Shown: positions 45,895 through 55,885, counted from the first letter of the stretch. The stretch is 64,000 nucleotides of DNA from an uncultured Pseudomonadota bacterium (GCA_949292335.1 CASEYY010000015.1:11981-75980), one strand, 5' to 3'. Notes: generated by a model from the sequence alone, not told the origin. Numbers and translations are program-made.

Positions 45895-46629
45895 GTGGAC
45901 GGAATAGAAGGAAACAGACCGCAACCTAGACTTATCGGCAATCAAAACGCCCCCAGACGCCCTGCGTCCAAGAAATCGGTACGCGATGAAGTGTTTGTGG
46001 CTAATATTGCCGAAAAGAGATATTTGTGGACGGCACGTGCATTTGCCGTAATTACAGCGTTTAGTCTGTGCTGCAACATCGTTTTGATACTGGCAATTCT
46101 GCAGGTTGTTCCGCTATACCGCATTGAGCCGTTCTTGCTTACTTTTCAAAATCGTTCCGAACAAGTTTATAATATTCAGCCGATAACCACTGAGCTTAGA
46201 AATCGTAAGGCGATTACCGAAGTCTTTGTTCGAGAGTATGTTTTGTTGAGAAGTACTTTCAGCAGTGATGTCGCCGAGGTTGAGGCCAGATGGATGCCGG
46301 GAGGTCCGATACAGGAGATGTCGGATAATCGAGTTTATCAAGATTTTTTGGATAATGTAGCCAAGCGAGCGGTAGATATCATAAAAAATCAAGGTATGGA
46401 GCGAAGTGTAAAAATACTTTCGGTTAATGAGCTCACGGACGGAGTATGGCAAGTTGAATATGAGACCAGAGATATGTATCCGTCTTCGGCAGAGCCGGAG
46501 ATAGGTTATTGGACGGCCTCTCTTAATGTCGGATATCGTCGCAAGAGTGTTAAATATGGCGACAGGTTGAAAAATCCGGTTGGGTTTACGGTTTATAGAT
46601 ATGCGTTGAGCCGCAATAAAGTAGGGTAG
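45895..46629 (+). CDS. virB8: VirB8-like protein (copy b)
   Basis: GTG start with AAGGGAG upstream. The TM is followed by VVPLYRIEPFLL, then FVREYVLLRST, and the C-terminus contains NPVGFTVYRYALS. Confidence 0.8.
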   Translation: MDGIEGNRPQPRLIGNQNAPRRPASKKSVRDEVFVANIAEKRYLWTARAFAVITAFSLCCNIVLILAILQVVPLYRIEPFLLTFQNRSEQVYNIQPITTELRNRKAITEVFVREYVLLRSTFSSDVAEVEARWMPGGPIQEMSDNRVYQDFLDNVAKRAVDIIKNQGMERSVKILSVNELTDGVWQVEYETRDMYPSSAEPEIGYWTASLNVGYRRKSVKYGDRLKNPVGFTVYRYALSRNKVG

Positions 46630-46636
46630 AAATAAA

Positions 46637-48211
46637 GTGTCGAAAAATATAAAAATAAAATTTTTGTTGTCAGTATTGTCGTTGTTGGTTGCTTTCGAAG
46701 CTAAATCTCAGGTAGACCAACAGATGATGGATGCCAGTGCCGAACAGGCTCAGGGCAATTATACGCCGATGAACCTAAATTATGCCGGCTTTAATTCTTT
46801 GGGTATGACACAAGCGGCGTGGCTTGATCCTTTGCAAAATCTCGGAGAGGGGCAAAGCAAGCCGGCATATTCGAAATATTACTGGACTCCGGATCTGGTT
46901 TTGCCGATAAGAGTACGCGAAGGAATGATTACCATGATTAACTTTCCTTCATGGGAGTTGATCGAAGATATTTTTATTGGCGACAGTGCAACTTTTGACG
47001 GCCAGATATCCGGTCCGTCCACCCTTTTACTTTATCCCAGAAAAGGTTCCAATGTCGGCGTTGATACCAACATAATTGTTTTCGGCCGTTCCGGCAACAG
47101 ATATGTGTTTTATGTGAAATCGGAGGCGGTTAATACCGAAAGGCTCACCAATGCAATAATTGATATAGAGGTTGTTGACGGGCAGGGAAATGGTGCAAAC
47201 GGAAATCTTCCGTCCGGCGGTGTCATGGGTTCGGCCAATGGTGGCTTGGCGGCATCAGGTAATAAATCCTTAGCCTCGACCTATACCCGAAGGAATCAAG
47301 ACAGTGATTGGATTAAGAGTATTCCGGTTGATCCAAGCGATTTCAGATTTGACTTGGAAGTCTATGTTCCCAATCCAGATGATGTGGTTATTGCCCCCGA
47401 GAGAGTATGGAGAGATAATATCTTTACATATATTGACTTAGGTAAAAAGGCTTTGAATATGACGCAAAGACCGGTTGTCAGTATGATCGTTGAGAGAGTT
47501 GAGGTTCCGGTAGGTTTCCGCACCAAAGGCCCGGACAACAGACTGATTATTGTAGAGGGCATTGGCGATATGGTTTTGCGCAATGGTAAAAGACTTATTT
47601 GCATAAAGATGCGTCGCTCCGATGAAAGCGGACTGGAGTACGCTATTAATTCTGCAGATTATCTGCCGCCGAAATGGGAAGTTTCACCGGCAATACCCAA
47701 TTCACAGACCATGGGTTATGGCAACAATATTAATTCGACTCCGCTGCAAGTCGGCGGCCAGCTTGATATTCAAGCCGGACAGAGCCAGATTATCGTTCCC
47801 GAATATACCAGATCCGGTCAAAACGGGATGAACGGCGGTAATATAGCAGACAGCTTTGATTATTCAAAAATGCAGAGGATAAGTAACAGTGGAGCATCAT
47901 CAGTACCGCAGCCAAACTACACTTACGGTACCGGCATAGTTTCGGGCGATAACTCCAATATCTCCATTGAGCTCGGAGCAAACTCAAATGTTAACGATCT
48001 TGAAACATTATGGGATAAGTTGTCCTCTCAATACAGCGACATTTTGGGTGGTTTTTCGCCGTTTTTCTCAGTTGATGCTCCGGCAGATGGTCAAGGTAAG
48101 GAACTGTTCCATCTTCGTGTAGGACCGGTTAAAGACTTAAATGCCGGCGATAAAATATGCGGGGAGCTAGGTCGCAACGGAGTATTCTGCAGCGTAGTAA
48201 GGACCCAATAA
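46637..48211 (+). CDS. virB9: VirB9-like protein with C-terminal SPOR-like domain
   Basis: GTG start and a signal peptide. VirB9 N-domain: IRVREGMITMINFPSWELIEDIFIGDSATFDG...TNIIVFGRSGNRYVFYVKSE. C-terminal domain: VEVPVGFRTKG. Tail: ...LFHLRVGPVKDLNAGDKICGELGRNGVFCSVV, which resembles the FtsN-type SPOR. Confidence 0.8.
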   Translation: MSKNIKIKFLLSVLSLLVAFEAKSQVDQQMMDASAEQAQGNYTPMNLNYAGFNSLGMTQAAWLDPLQNLGEGQSKPAYSKYYWTPDLVLPIRVREGMITMINFPSWELIEDIFIGDSATFDGQISGPSTLLLYPRKGSNVGVDTNIIVFGRSGNRYVFYVKSEAVNTERLTNAIIDIEVVDGQGNGANGNLPSGGVMGSANGGLAASGNKSLASTYTRRNQDSDWIKSIPVDPSDFRFDLEVYVPNPDDVVIAPERVWRDNIFTYIDLGKKALNMTQRPVVSMIVERVEVPVGFRTKGPDNRLIIVEGIGDMVLRNGKRLICIKMRRSDESGLEYAINSADYLPPKWEVSPAIPNSQTMGYGNNINSTPLQVGGQLDIQAGQSQIIVPEYTRSGQNGMNGGNIADSFDYSKMQRISNSGASSVPQPNYTYGTGIVSGDNSNISIELGANSNVNDLETLWDKLSSQYSDILGGFSPFFSVDAPADGQGKELFHLRVGPVKDLNAGDKICGELGRNGVFCSVVRTQ

Positions 48212-48218
48212 GACAATT

Positions 48219-51200
48219 ATGAGCAAAGAGCCGTTAACACATTCCGAAAAGTATGTCAAAAAGACCAATACCATAATTTTGATGATAGGTATTGCCTCCC
48301 TGCTGATATTCATTTTTGGGTTGTTACTTTTGTTAAACAGCGGTGAGAGCATAGATACATACGAAGAGCCCGTATTTACGGATAATGCGGATGTATTCGG
48401 GGCGATTCCCACAACGACGCCTACGCAGAGTATAGAGTTTTCCACCATGGAAGGAGAAACTCCGCTTACCACCACCCCCGATCCGGTTCCGATTGGAGAA
48501 GTAGTATTGGGTACCGAGGCTAAAAATGTTTTAACACTCGGAACCAACGGTAAGGCCGCAATCAAAATAGATTCCGTATCTTTGGCCGATCCACCGGCAG
48601 CAGGTTTTACCTTTACCGATCGTTGCACCGGAATGACTTTGGAAGGAGATAAGACCTGCCATATAACGATGAGTTGGGTGCCTGTAGTTGCCGGCAATGT
48701 ACAAAATAATTTTATTATTTCATGGCACGAGGTTAACCTCGGAAACTCCAGTATAAAAGCGGCCAAAGTTCCGGTCACCGGTAATGCCGTGACCAAAGAA
48801 GATTGTACCTATTGCGAGACCGCTCCCGGCAGTGTGAGTGCCACGGATAAAAACGCCAAGGGAGTTCGCTATGCCATAGGTCCTGATGGCAAGATTATAG
48901 GAATTATAGACGAAGACGGTTTTGTCAGAGATGCCAACGGCAACATAATCGGAAAGGTAGGTCCTGATGGTCTGATTGTTGACAAGGACGGCAATGTGAT
49001 AGGTGTAGCGGAAAACCGCCGAGCCGTGTACGACGAGTTTGGTAATTTAATCGGCTATGTCAATCCGGATGGCTCGGTTGTCGATTTGGAAGGAAATGTC
49101 ATCGGCCGCGTTCTACCGGATGGTACGGTAGTTGACAAAGACGGTAAAGTTATAGGTCGAGCCGTTGAAACAGGTTATGTCTACGATGAAAACGGCAACA
49201 TAATCGGCCGCGTTCTGCCAGACGGAACGGTTGTCGACGAGAATGGCAATGTCATTGGCCGTGTGATGCCAGATGGAACGGTTGTTGATTTGAATGGTAA
49301 TGTTATTGGTCGCGTGACACAACCTGGACGCGTAGCCTTGGATGAAAACGGTAATGTTTTGGGCGTAGTATTGCCCGACGGGACGGTTGTTGACGCTAAC
49401 GGCAATGCAATAGGTTATGTCGATGCCAACGGCAACATAATCAAAAAGTCTTCGCCCCTTGACGGCAAAAAAGTAAGAGTTGCCTACGATGCCAACGGCA
49501 ATATTATAGGCTATGTTGATGAAAACGGCAATCTTTTGGATGCCAACGGCAATGTTATCGGCAAGATGCTTCCCGACGGTACAATAGTTAATCTTGACGG
49601 AGAGGTAATCGGCTATGCCGGAGAGGAAATTATTTTTGATTCGGCGACCAATGTTTTGGGGCGGTTGGTCATGTTTGACAAGATAGCTATTACACCGCAG
49701 GGGACATTACTCGGGACATTGCAAAACGACGGCAGCATAAAAAATGATAAAGATCAGGTTGTCGGCAGGTCTTTGCCTAACGGACTGGTCAAGGATCCTA
49801 ACGGAGCCAAAGTCATTGCCAAGATGGTTCGTGCCGGAATGATAATAGGATATGGTTGCAATCAAATTGGTTATTTGGATAAAGATGGCAAGATAAAAAA
49901 AGGCAACGAAGAAACTAATTACAAAATCACTCCCGAGGGTGTAGTTTTAAGTTCAGAGGGTCGCTATATCGGAGAAACTTTGAAAATTGGCCGCGTTTTT
50001 GACAACAACTGCAATCTGCTTGGAACCGTTGATAATTCTGGAATTGTAAAGGATTTAAACAACCGATATGTTGGTTGCGTCAATCCTGACGGCAGTGTGC
50101 TTAACGAACGCGGTGAATTTATCGGAGCCGTAGGAAAGAGCGGAGCGGCGGTTGACTTGGATGGCAGGTATATGGGTAAAGTCAGCATGGATAATATGGT
50201 AGTAAACGATGCCAAACTTCCGGTCGGATGCGTAGGTCTTTTAGGAGATGTATTCAATACCAAAGGAATATATATCGGCCGGGTTTTAGGAGAAAACTAC
50301 GTTTATACTCCTACCGGAGAATACATTAACAGAGTTGATGATAAAGCACAGGTTCGCATATATGGTAAACCTTCGGCGAGGTTGACTGCCGGAAATTTTG
50401 TTTTGGACGAGAATGGCAAGATACTGGGAACAGCGGTAGCGGCCAAGGCTTCGGTTTCAAATTCCGGCGGCAATCTAATCGGACGATTGTTTCCTGATGG
50501 ACAAGTCTATGACAATAAAGGCGTTGCACAGGGAAATATTAGAAACGGAGGCTTAAACAGCTACAATAATGTTAACGGAGCACTTTTGCCACGAGGAGAA
50601 GTTGTTGACATCAAAGGTGATATTGTCGGTACGGCTACAGACGACGGAACTGTTTTTAGTCGATATGGCGATACCCTGGGTAAGGTTAATGCCAAAGGTG
50701 AGTTTTTTAATATGAAAGGAGAGTATCAAGGCGGAATAGTAAGGAGGGGTGCCGCGATAGGTTATGACGGTTCATATATCGGCTATGCAGTTTCTGACGG
50801 CAAAGTAATAAGCCTTGAGGGAAAAAATGTTGCTCAGGTGACTCATGATAAAAAAGTCGTAAATTCGGAGGGGGAAGTCATAGGAGAAGTAATACCCGAA
50901 GGTATAATGTTGGATGCTCTGGGAAATTACAAGGGGTATTTGAATTCTCTCGGTGATGTTTTGGATCCGTCCGGCAAAATAATAACAGCCATATTACCCG
51001 GTGGCGGTACGGATAAAAATCTCCATATACTTCATTCCGGATTTGCGGTTGATTTTGGAGGTAATGTTATCGGGTCGGTATCTCCCGACGGCTCGGTTAC
51101 CGATTTTGCAGGCGTCATATTGGGCAAGGTTTTGTCTGATAATAATATTATCGGGGTCTCCGGAAAGATTATCGGAGAGGTAGTAAGCGGAGATATAGTA

Positions 51201-51524
51201 ATATCAAATGATGACAAAGTTGTGGGTTATGTAAATTTTGATGGAACAATTACCGGTAAAGATGCTAGTATAATCGGCAGGATGTTGTCGGGGGGACTTG
51301 CTATTGATTTGAACGACAGGATATTGGGAAAAATCTACAAGATCGGAGCAACAATACTGGGCAACGACGGCAAGTATAAAGGTCGGTTGTCTTATGACGG
51401 AACGGTAGTCGATAATAAAGGAGAAAATATTGGCTACATAAAGAGCAACGGGTCGTTTATAGACTTAGATAAAAATGTTTCCGGTTATGTTTTGGGCGAA
51501 GTTGCCAAAAACCAGAGGAATTAA
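48219..51524 (+). CDS. 1101-aa membrane-anchored protein of ~17-aa PDGxVVDxxGNVIGxV repeats
   Basis: N-terminal TM (IILMIGIASLLIFIFGLLLLL), then a ~130-aa beta-sandwich-like segment (VVLGTEAKNVLTLGTNG...CTGMTLEGDKTCHITMSWVPVVAG), then ~870 aa of degenerate repeats. Confidence 0.6.
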   Translation: MSKEPLTHSEKYVKKTNTIILMIGIASLLIFIFGLLLLLNSGESIDTYEEPVFTDNADVFGAIPTTTPTQSIEFSTMEGETPLTTTPDPVPIGEVVLGTEAKNVLTLGTNGKAAIKIDSVSLADPPAAGFTFTDRCTGMTLEGDKTCHITMSWVPVVAGNVQNNFIISWHEVNLGNSSIKAAKVPVTGNAVTKEDCTYCETAPGSVSATDKNAKGVRYAIGPDGKIIGIIDEDGFVRDANGNIIGKVGPDGLIVDKDGNVIGVAENRRAVYDEFGNLIGYVNPDGSVVDLEGNVIGRVLPDGTVVDKDGKVIGRAVETGYVYDENGNIIGRVLPDGTVVDENGNVIGRVMPDGTVVDLNGNVIGRVTQPGRVALDENGNVLGVVLPDGTVVDANGNAIGYVDANGNIIKKSSPLDGKKVRVAYDANGNIIGYVDENGNLLDANGNVIGKMLPDGTIVNLDGEVIGYAGEEIIFDSATNVLGRLVMFDKIAITPQGTLLGTLQNDGSIKNDKDQVVGRSLPNGLVKDPNGAKVIAKMVRAGMIIGYGCNQIGYLDKDGKIKKGNEETNYKITPEGVVLSSEGRYIGETLKIGRVFDNNCNLLGTVDNSGIVKDLNNRYVGCVNPDGSVLNERGEFIGAVGKSGAAVDLDGRYMGKVSMDNMVVNDAKLPVGCVGLLGDVFNTKGIYIGRVLGENYVYTPTGEYINRVDDKAQVRIYGKPSARLTAGNFVLDENGKILGTAVAAKASVSNSGGNLIGRLFPDGQVYDNKGVAQGNIRNGGLNSYNNVNGALLPRGEVVDIKGDIVGTATDDGTVFSRYGDTLGKVNAKGEFFNMKGEYQGGIVRRGAAIGYDGSYIGYAVSDGKVISLEGKNVAQVTHDKKVVNSEGEVIGEVIPEGIMLDALGNYKGYLNSLGDVLDPSGKIITAILPGGGTDKNLHILHSGFAVDFGGNVIGSVSPDGSVTDFAGVILGKVLSDNNIIGVSGKIIGEVVSGDIVISNDDKVVGYVNFDGTITGKDASIIGRMLSGGLAIDLNDRILGKIYKIGATILGNDGKYKGRLSYDGTVVDNKGENIGYIKSNGSFIDLDKNVSGYVLGEVAKNQRN

Positions 51525-51526
51525 AT

Positions 51527-54500
51527 ATGGGATTAATGCAAACGAAAGGATTACGAAATTTATTTTTCAGTATTGCAGCCGGTGTGTTGTCGGCGGCGAT
51601 TCTGGTTTTTCCGGCATTTTCCCAAGAAATAACGGCGATAGATTTTAATGGCGTCGTATTAGGTAAAGTAATTCCCGATGGTAAAGTAGTTAGCCTTGAC
51701 AATAAGTTGTTGGGTAACATCACCGCGGACAGCTTGATACTCGATTCTGACGGAAAGATTATCGGCGGTGTTGTTCCTCAGGGTGTTGCCATAGGTAATG
51801 ACGCCAGATTTTTAGGCAAAGTAAACAGTGACGGCAGTGTCAGAAGTTCCTCGGGACAGGTTGTCGGCAAAACTCTTCCCAACGGTCTGGTTGTTAACGA
51901 ATATTTTGATATTTTGGGACAAGTAGTATTTCCCGGCTTGGTATATAATGATGCCGGCCAAATATCCGGTCGTATAACCGGTGACGGACTGTATGCCAAT
52001 TTAAGCGGTCAACAAATCGGTATAGTTACGCCCGATGGCTACGCCTATCGCAAAGTCGGAAATGACTACTTGCTTGATGGTCGTTTAATATCCTCTCGTA
52101 TGGTTATATCACTAAACGGAGATTTTATCGGCAGTGTTGTTCCCGGGGGCGAGGTTACGGATTTCAATTCTGCCGTAATAGGTCATTTGCGGGCCAATGG
52201 TTTTGTATACAACAATGAAGGGGTGGTTATCGGTCGTATAGTTAACAGCGGCTACGCTTTTGACGATAAGGGATTTTATATTGGTTTTGTCAGCTATAAC
52301 GGAGATATTATAGACAATAATAAGTCCGTAGGGAAAATACGAGCAGACGGCTATGTAACCGACAGCAAAGGTAATATCAGCGGTCGAGCGGAAAGTTTTT
52401 CGGCAACCGCGACCGATCTTAACGGCAGGTATTTAGGGCGTTTGCTGCCGCAAGGCAATATAGCCAGAGGAGACAAATTCAGCGGATTGGTTGCGGCCAG
52501 AGGCATAGTAACCGATGGTTCCGGAGCAGTTGTCGGAAAGATTATATCCACCGGTCCGGTTTTTGATTTTAAGGGAGCTCTGGTTGGTCATGCCCTAAGT
52601 AACGGCGGGGTTATTTCTTTAAGCGGGACATCAATCGGCTATGTGGTAGGTAGGTATGCATATAATTTGTCCGGTCGGATGATAGGTGCCGTTTCTGATC
52701 CGCAAATGGTTTATTCGGGGGATGGAAAATTTCTGGGTGTCAGCGGAATATCCTCTAAAATAAAAAGCAACGAGAGCTCGTTTTCGGTTTCACCGCAAGG
52801 TTATGTATTTTCCGAGGACGGCAGTTTGGTCGGCCAAGCACTGCCCTCACGAGCATTTTATACCCCGTTCGGAAGTGTCTCGTCATACCTTGGTTTTGAC
52901 GGAAAGGCTTATAGTTCTAAGGGAGCAGAACTCGGCAAGGTCATAGGCACTGGCTATGTTCTAAACCCGCAAAATCAACTGATAGCCTCAGCCATCAAAG
53001 ACGATGTTGCCGTTGATGGCAAAGGCGATATGTTGGGAAGCATAAGCTATCATAATTACATTTTGGATCGTTCTTTCAGCGAAATAGGCAAAATATTACC
53101 CGACATGAGTGTTGCAAAAACTCAATCCGGCAATTTTAATTATATGCCGAAGACGGGATTTGCCTACAATACCGGTACGGTTCTGGATTTCAGCGGTAAT
53201 TTTATAGGATACACCGATATTGCCGGTAATGTCAGGAATTCTGCCGGTTCTAAGGTTGGTAAGGTCGTTGACGGAATGCTGAGTACGGATAACAACGGAA
53301 TAGTCACCGGCTATTTATCCGCTAAAGGTGTTTCCGTAAACGATAAATGCGAAACTTTGGGAGCCGTTTCATTTAACGGCAATATCTACAACTACAGGGA
53401 TGTATATGTCGGAAAACTTTTAGCCAATGATTTTGTAATAAGTGACAGCGGAGCAGTTGTCGGATATAAGGTCGCTCAGTCACCGGTCGTTGATTTTAAC
53501 GGCCGCACGATAGGCTTTGTGTCCAATGACGGCAAGGTCTATAACGAAACCGGCGGTCAGATAGGTTGTTTGGACTATAACAAACAACTTTACAATGAAA
53601 ATAAGGCACTTATAGGTAAAGCGGTAGAATTTGATTCGGTAATTGACTTTGCCGGTAACATAATCGGGTACAGCACCGTAAATGGTTTGATAGTTGATGA
53701 AGACGATGAGCTGATAGGCTACCAGCAACCAAATGATAATATTAATTCCAATGCCGGACTTCCTTTGGGTAATTTATTTAAATACAAAATTGCCTTTGAT
53801 ATGGATAATAAATATATCGGCAGGGTTTCCACGCAAGGCGAGGTTATCTCGGCATCGGGAGATATTTTGGGTCGAGTAGACTTTGACGGTTATGTTGTTT
53901 CCGCTGACAAAAAAATTGGTTACGCACTTTATGATTTTTACATCTACGATAATTCCGGCAAGGTTATAGGCCTTATCAACCGCAGCGGAGAAGCCTTTGG
54001 TTTTAACAATCAAAGTTTGGGCAGATACGATTTAGGCTTTGTCATAAAAGGGGAAGAAGTTGTAGGCCGCGGCAGTCGCAACTACAATATCCGAGATAAT
54101 ACCAACTTGGTTTTGGGGAGATTGTCTTTATCTGGTGAGGTCTTTGATAATTTAGGTAATGTAATCGGAACCCTCAATAGCAACGGCAATATTGTAAACG
54201 CGGACGGAAATTTCATAGTCAAAGCCGGTCCTTTACAGTATTATGATTTCAACAAAGACAAGTTGTTAGTACCGGTAGATGAGGCAGAGGCCAAAGCAAA
54301 AGCCGAAGCGGAAGCCCGAGCCCGAGCAGAGGCAGAGGCCAAAGCCAAAGCCGAGGCGGAAGCCCGAGCCAAGGCCGAAGCGGAAGCCAATAGGAGTTGG
54401 TTTGACAAATCTTCGATACTCGATTCACTTAAGCAGCCCAAAGAGGAAGAAGTATCACCGGCACTTAAAATGCTGGAAGATTCCAAATATTACAAATCTT

Positions 54501-55873
54501 TGGGAATAGCCCTGACTCCCGATGGAGATTATTTAGGTGAAATTTTGGAAAACGATACGGTAATTGATGATAAAGGTAACATTATCGGCTATCGTACGCC
54601 TGACGGATTGATAATAGATAGTGAAGGTAATCTGATAGGTACCGAAGATTTCGGAGACAAAGAAGATGACGGCAAAGTATTTGTACCGGCCGGCAGTTTT
54701 GGTCCTGGCGGAGCCTATGGCGTAGGCGAAGGCAGTGCCGCCAACTTAGGTCCCGGAGGAGGCTACGGTCCCGGAGAGCGATATGATCCTACCCGCAAAG
54801 CAGCATTGGACGCGGCCATGCAAGAGAGAAGACAAAACATAAGTGTCGGGCATATAGGGTCAAATGTCAGAAAAGAAGCTTTTGACGGTTATCAAAAAGA
54901 TTGGTCGGAGCAAGGAATTCCGAAATCCATCTCTTCTTGGCGTGTAGATATGAGCGAGATGATATTCTCAGACAAGCCCATACCGGCAGTAATAGCACGT
55001 GCAATAGATACCAATAATCCGGCTCCGATTACGGCATATGTGGAGAGAAATGTTTACGCGGAAGAAGGAAGAAACATAATAATTCCGGCCGGCTCGCGAA
55101 TGATAGGAAGTTTTGGTAGTATCACGGCTGCCGCGGAAGCCACCTCGGAATCCGCTCGTGTTCAAATTAGTTGGGAGAGGCTTATCAGACCGGACGGTTC
55201 AATCTTTGTATTCAGCGGACAAACTGCGGATGCACAAGGTAGAGCAGGAGCGTTAGGTTATGTAGACCAGCAATTATTCAAGAAATATACCTTGCCGGTA
55301 GTTACGACGGTACTGTCATCCGGAGCATCGTATTTTATAGCGTCGGCAGACGATGCCGCTGGCGAGATAGAGACATCTAAGCAGCAGGCGGCCAACGATG
55401 CCAGACAAAACTTTTTGGACGACATGGAAGAGTTGTTTGACGATATCTTGGCCGACAAGACCGATGTAAAAGCCATGACATATATTCCGGCCGGAACGCG
55501 TATAATTGTCTACCCGAACACCGATTTATGGTTGCGGAGTGTAGAGCGAGATGAAGAAGAATCGCAGAAATATCAGAAACCCGAAATTTTGATTGATGAT
55601 GTCAAGACCGACCAAGCCAGTCGCCAGAGACAACGTGAGGATGTAGCCAAAGCCTCGAGCACCCAAGTTGTTTACGATCCTGATGATGCAAATGTAGAAG
55701 CAACCGGAGCGGATACACAGCCGCTGTTGATAGATGATGCCCCCAAGAAGAACAAGACATTAGTACCACCCCCGCCGCCGAGTTCTTCCGGCAACATAGC
55801 GACGACATCGCAAGCAACGGCTGGTAGCCAGGCGGCAGAAGGTGAAGGCGGCAGCGTTCCGGCACTGTTTTAG
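51527..55873 (+). CDS. virB10: Giant VirB10 homolog (1448 aa) with N-terminal repeat array
   Basis: N-terminal anchor, ~850 aa of the same repeat family, and an (AEAKAK/AEAEAR) helix. The C-terminal VirB10/TrbI domain reads IIPAGSRMIGSFG...ARVQISWERLIRPDGSIFVFSGQTADAQGRAGALGYVDQQ...YIPAGTRIIVYPNTDL. A Pro/Ser-rich tail follows. Confidence 0.8.
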   Translation: MGLMQTKGLRNLFFSIAAGVLSAAILVFPAFSQEITAIDFNGVVLGKVIPDGKVVSLDNKLLGNITADSLILDSDGKIIGGVVPQGVAIGNDARFLGKVNSDGSVRSSSGQVVGKTLPNGLVVNEYFDILGQVVFPGLVYNDAGQISGRITGDGLYANLSGQQIGIVTPDGYAYRKVGNDYLLDGRLISSRMVISLNGDFIGSVVPGGEVTDFNSAVIGHLRANGFVYNNEGVVIGRIVNSGYAFDDKGFYIGFVSYNGDIIDNNKSVGKIRADGYVTDSKGNISGRAESFSATATDLNGRYLGRLLPQGNIARGDKFSGLVAARGIVTDGSGAVVGKIISTGPVFDFKGALVGHALSNGGVISLSGTSIGYVVGRYAYNLSGRMIGAVSDPQMVYSGDGKFLGVSGISSKIKSNESSFSVSPQGYVFSEDGSLVGQALPSRAFYTPFGSVSSYLGFDGKAYSSKGAELGKVIGTGYVLNPQNQLIASAIKDDVAVDGKGDMLGSISYHNYILDRSFSEIGKILPDMSVAKTQSGNFNYMPKTGFAYNTGTVLDFSGNFIGYTDIAGNVRNSAGSKVGKVVDGMLSTDNNGIVTGYLSAKGVSVNDKCETLGAVSFNGNIYNYRDVYVGKLLANDFVISDSGAVVGYKVAQSPVVDFNGRTIGFVSNDGKVYNETGGQIGCLDYNKQLYNENKALIGKAVEFDSVIDFAGNIIGYSTVNGLIVDEDDELIGYQQPNDNINSNAGLPLGNLFKYKIAFDMDNKYIGRVSTQGEVISASGDILGRVDFDGYVVSADKKIGYALYDFYIYDNSGKVIGLINRSGEAFGFNNQSLGRYDLGFVIKGEEVVGRGSRNYNIRDNTNLVLGRLSLSGEVFDNLGNVIGTLNSNGNIVNADGNFIVKAGPLQYYDFNKDKLLVPVDEAEAKAKAEAEARARAEAEAKAKAEAEARAKAEAEANRSWFDKSSILDSLKQPKEEEVSPALKMLEDSKYYKSLGIALTPDGDYLGEILENDTVIDDKGNIIGYRTPDGLIIDSEGNLIGTEDFGDKEDDGKVFVPAGSFGPGGAYGVGEGSAANLGPGGGYGPGERYDPTRKAALDAAMQERRQNISVGHIGSNVRKEAFDGYQKDWSEQGIPKSISSWRVDMSEMIFSDKPIPAVIARAIDTNNPAPITAYVERNVYAEEGRNIIIPAGSRMIGSFGSITAAAEATSESARVQISWERLIRPDGSIFVFSGQTADAQGRAGALGYVDQQLFKKYTLPVVTTVLSSGASYFIASADDAAGEIETSKQQAANDARQNFLDDMEELFDDILADKTDVKAMTYIPAGTRIIVYPNTDLWLRSVERDEEESQKYQKPEILIDDVKTDQASRQRQREDVAKASSTQVVYDPDDANVEATGADTQPLLIDDAPKKNKTLVPPPPPSSSGNIATTSQATAGSQAAEGEGGSVPALF

Positions 55874-55885
55874 AGGAGTAAGATT

